From positions 1 to 35,916 of the IMG/VR virus record IMGVR_UViG_3300037697_000081: a stretch of DNA of 35,916 nucleotides; one strand, written 5' to 3'. This stretch comes from a virus (lineage: Duplodnaviria > Caudoviricetes). Of the stretch, positions 33,154 through 35,916 are shown piece after piece. A program made the translations under genes and the position numbers. Below the pieces are notes generated by a model. That model had not been told where the DNA came from, searched no databases, and saw only the letters and a program-made list of their open reading frames with translations. The stretch's first letter is position 1. Every line of letters starts with the position of its first letter.

Positions 33154-35916
33154 ATGGCCAGAACCGAGATCGGCGGCGATCAGATCAAGGACGGGACGAT
33201 CTTCAACGCGGACATTAACTCTGCGGCCGCTATCGCCGGCACGAAGATCAACCCGAACTTCGGAACACAGAACCTGATCGTCGACTCGAACCTACTCTAC
33301 GTCGACGCCGCGGCCCTTAAGGTGGGCATCGGCGTTGCCCCCACTCTGGCCAAGCTGGAGGTAAACGGGGATCTCCGCCTCGACGGACGCGTCACAGCTG
33401 GCCTGAAGATGGACATGTTCGGGTCTGCGGACTTCCTCATCCGCGAGACGTCCACCGCCGACGTAATGGGCTTTGGCACCGTGGCCAGCCCGAACATCCT
33501 GTCTGTCAACATCTCCAACGGTCGGATCGGCGTCGGCACGGTGGCCGGCGCTAACGCACTCTCCGTCGTCGGATCCGCCGACCTCACTGGCAGCCTCGGC
33601 GTCGGCGTGTCAACGCCAGGAGGAAAGCTCGACGTCGCCGGAAACATCGTGCTATCGGCTACGGCCTCTTTCGCCGCCAACCCCGGATTCCCCGTAATCT
33701 ACAGCGACTCTGGCTCTGGCCTTCGCCTCCAGGCGTTCGCCGGCGGCTCGTCTCAGTTCAATCTTGTCAATGCCTCTGGATCCGAGTTCGGCATCGACTG
33801 GCTGTTGTCTGGGAGTCTCCAGCTTGTTCCGCAGGCGGGAAATGTTGGTATCGGTATGGGGGCTACTGCCCCTGCCGACAAGCTTACCGTCAACGGAGAC
33901 ATCCGCATAATCGGATCAGCCGATGGCGGCAATGTTCCAGACAGCGCTCTCCTGTTTGGCGCAGGAAGCAAGGCGGCCAATTTCCTGTCTGCTTCTGGCG
34001 CGACGGTAGAAGTAAACGGGTCTATCGGTGGATGGAACACCACGTACAATGTGCAGAACTCTAAGGTCGAGTTCTACCAGGACGCCGCCAATACCGGAGA
34101 GCTAAGGCTGTACACGAATGCCGGCTCCGGAATCACGGAAAGGCTGCGCATCACAAACTCTGGCCAGGTCAACATGTTCGAGGTCCTGAACCTGTCTGGG
34201 GTAAACAAGATCCACCTCCTCTCTGGTCACAACTTTCTGCAGGGCGACGCCACGCGTACCTACCTGTATGGCGGGACTGATGGCGGACAGATTCGTAAGT
34301 CAGACAACAGCATTGCCTTGATGTCATGGACAGACCTCGGAGCCGTCGACATCATTGGTGGACTGGCGTTCTCCGGAACGGCTGGCACGGACCAGCGGAT
34401 CACGATGGGCTCGGTGAACACGATCGAGCGCCTCGGAACTGGCCGTTTGAATATCGCCACCAACGCCGCAGACATTACGCTCAACCCGGCTGCGGGCGTC
34501 GCCGTCGGTGCGGGATCGGCGCATGCGTCCGCTCTGTTCCAGATCGATTCTACCACCAAGGGCTTCCTTGCCCCGCGGATGACGGAGGCCCAGCGCGACT
34601 CGATCGGGACTCCTGCGACCGGACTGCTGATCTTCCAGACCGACAACACCCCGGGCTATCGCTACTACGACGGGGATAGTTGGGAGACCATCGGCGGCGG
34701 CTCGGCTGGTCACGTCATCCAGGACGAGGGGACCCCGCTCACCGCGCGCCCGAACATGAATTTCGTAGGCGCCGGCGTCTCCGTCACGGACGACGCTGGA
34801 AACAGCGCTACCAAGGTCGAGATCGGCGGCGGCGTAGAGACCAGGCAGTCATTCGTCGCGACCGGCGGCCAGACGGTGTTTACTCTCTCTACCCCATACA
34901 CCCTGGGCGGACTGAACCTGCAGGTGTACCGAAACGGCGCGCTGCAGAAGCCAGGATCCGGGAACGACTACGTCGAGACCAACACCACGACGATCACGTT
35001 CGAGAACGCGCAGACAGCCGGCGATCTGATCGAGTGCGTGTACCGATCCCTGACCACGTCCATCTTGACCACATCGCCCGGGACGGAGTACCGCCAGGCG
35101 TTCACGGCCACTGGCGGAGCTCAGACCTTCACCCTGTCCAATCCGTACGTCAACAGCGGGACGAACCTCAAGGTGTACGTCAACGGCGGCCTGCAGAAGC
35201 CGGTCACGAACTACTCCGAGGACAACACGACGCAGTTCACGTTCTCGACCGGCCTCACCGCCGGCGACAACGTAGAGGCGTTCTGGACGTCGGCCGCCAC
35301 CGGAGTCGTCAGCTACACACCGGCGACAGAGATTCGTCAGAACTTTGTGGCTACTGGCTCTGAGGCTGGCCTGTTCGCCCTCACCGGCGGGGCCACCTTC
35401 ACCCAGGGTGGCGCGAACCTCAAGGTGTATGTGGACGGCGTGCTCAACCGACTGGGCGGCGCCAACGATTACACCGAGCCCAGCAACAGCCAGGTGCAGT
35501 TCAACGCCGGCAACCACCCGACGGCTGGGCAGGTGGTAGACCTGGTGGCCATCACTCAGACGGGGGCTCTTGGCAACTTCCAGAACCGCCGCGACGAGTT
35601 CGTGGCCACTGCGTCGCAGACGGTCTTCAGCGCAAGCTTTACCTTCGTCATGGGTGGGGCGGACATGCTGGTCTACAACGACGGCGTGCTCATGAAGCTG
35701 GGCGAGGACTACTACGAGCTCAACAACACGCAGGTGGTGTTCTACACCGGGCGGACGCTGAACAGCAAGGTCACCCTGGTGGGCAAGATACAGGCCGCGG
35801 CGGGCGATGCCAACAGCGTCAACGGAATTTCGGCCAGCATCACGCCGACGGCGAACAAGCTCGTGCCTCTGGACGGAAGTGGCCTTCTGCCTGTATCCAC
35901 AATCCCTGGTCCAGCG
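33154..35916 (+). CDS. large tail fibre/receptor-binding protein, 3'-truncated by the window (at least 921 codons); absent from the ORF track
   Basis: GGAGG SD, ATG 33154, no stop to the window end. VGIG..KL.V.G repeats, KGFLAPRMTEAQRDSI..PATGLLIFQTD motif, four tandem ~70-aa modules. Confidence 0.9.
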   Translation, partial: MARTEIGGDQIKDGTIFNADINSAAAIAGTKINPNFGTQNLIVDSNLLYVDAAALKVGIGVAPTLAKLEVNGDLRLDGRVTAGLKMDMFGSADFLIRETSTADVMGFGTVASPNILSVNISNGRIGVGTVAGANALSVVGSADLTGSLGVGVSTPGGKLDVAGNIVLSATASFAANPGFPVIYSDSGSGLRLQAFAGGSSQFNLVNASGSEFGIDWLLSGSLQLVPQAGNVGIGMGATAPADKLTVNGDIRIIGSADGGNVPDSALLFGAGSKAANFLSASGATVEVNGSIGGWNTTYNVQNSKVEFYQDAANTGELRLYTNAGSGITERLRITNSGQVNMFEVLNLSGVNKIHLLSGHNFLQGDATRTYLYGGTDGGQIRKSDNSIALMSWTDLGAVDIIGGLAFSGTAGTDQRITMGSVNTIERLGTGRLNIATNAADITLNPAAGVAVGAGSAHASALFQIDSTTKGFLAPRMTEAQRDSIGTPATGLLIFQTDNTPGYRYYDGDSWETIGGGSAGHVIQDEGTPLTARPNMNFVGAGVSVTDDAGNSATKVEIGGGVETRQSFVATGGQTVFTLSTPYTLGGLNLQVYRNGALQKPGSGNDYVETNTTTITFENAQTAGDLIECVYRSLTTSILTTSPGTEYRQAFTATGGAQTFTLSNPYVNSGTNLKVYVNGGLQKPVTNYSEDNTTQFTFSTGLTAGDNVEAFWTSAATGVVSYTPATEIRQNFVATGSEAGLFALTGGATFTQGGANLKVYVDGVLNRLGGANDYTEPSNSQVQFNAGNHPTAGQVVDLVAITQTGALGNFQNRRDEFVATASQTVFSASFTFVMGGADMLVYNDGVLMKLGEDYYELNNTQVVFYTGRTLNSKVTLVGKIQAAAGDANSVNGISASITPTANKLVPLDGSGLLPVSTIPGPA

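Noticed and set aside
1-35916. tRNA genes, CRISPR arrays, introns/inteins, stop-codon reassignment
   Set aside because: Intergenic gaps are short with no cloverleaf or spaced repeats. Core genes are uninterrupted, and TAG, TGA and TAA all end genes directly before the next start.

Overview
This GC-rich window is the virion morphogenesis region of a contractile-tailed dsDNA phage (myovirus-type Caudoviricetes). Nearly all genes are on the + strand, tightly packed, in the standard genetic code. Gene order: small unknown genes; fused prohead protease/scaffold; capsid cement-like protein; HK97-fold major capsid; a ~9 kb block of mostly unknown genes (a neck-like protein, a DEDD exonuclease, a catalytically degenerate phosphatase-fold protein, an HPxCRC gpF-like protein, SH3-like and low-complexity proteins); neck and tail-completion genes; sheath; tube; tail chaperone with a -1 frameshift; tape measure; baseplate genes; and a cluster of paralogous fibre genes, the last running off the window end. 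No terminase, integrase, tRNA, CRISPR or endolysin is recognisable. Main signals beyond the gene list: (1) an 18-bp motif, TRGCAAR-N8-ATT, found 6-7 times directly in front of ribosome-binding sites; (2) one copy lies inside the protease gene before an in-frame SD+ATG, implying a nested scaffold gene; (3) a phosphatase-fold protein lacking its P-loop; (4) a ~70-aa module repeated 8 times across five fibre proteins; (5) a GATC/TCGA-free segment at the end of the last fibre gene. All product calls come from remembered motifs and synteny, not database searches.
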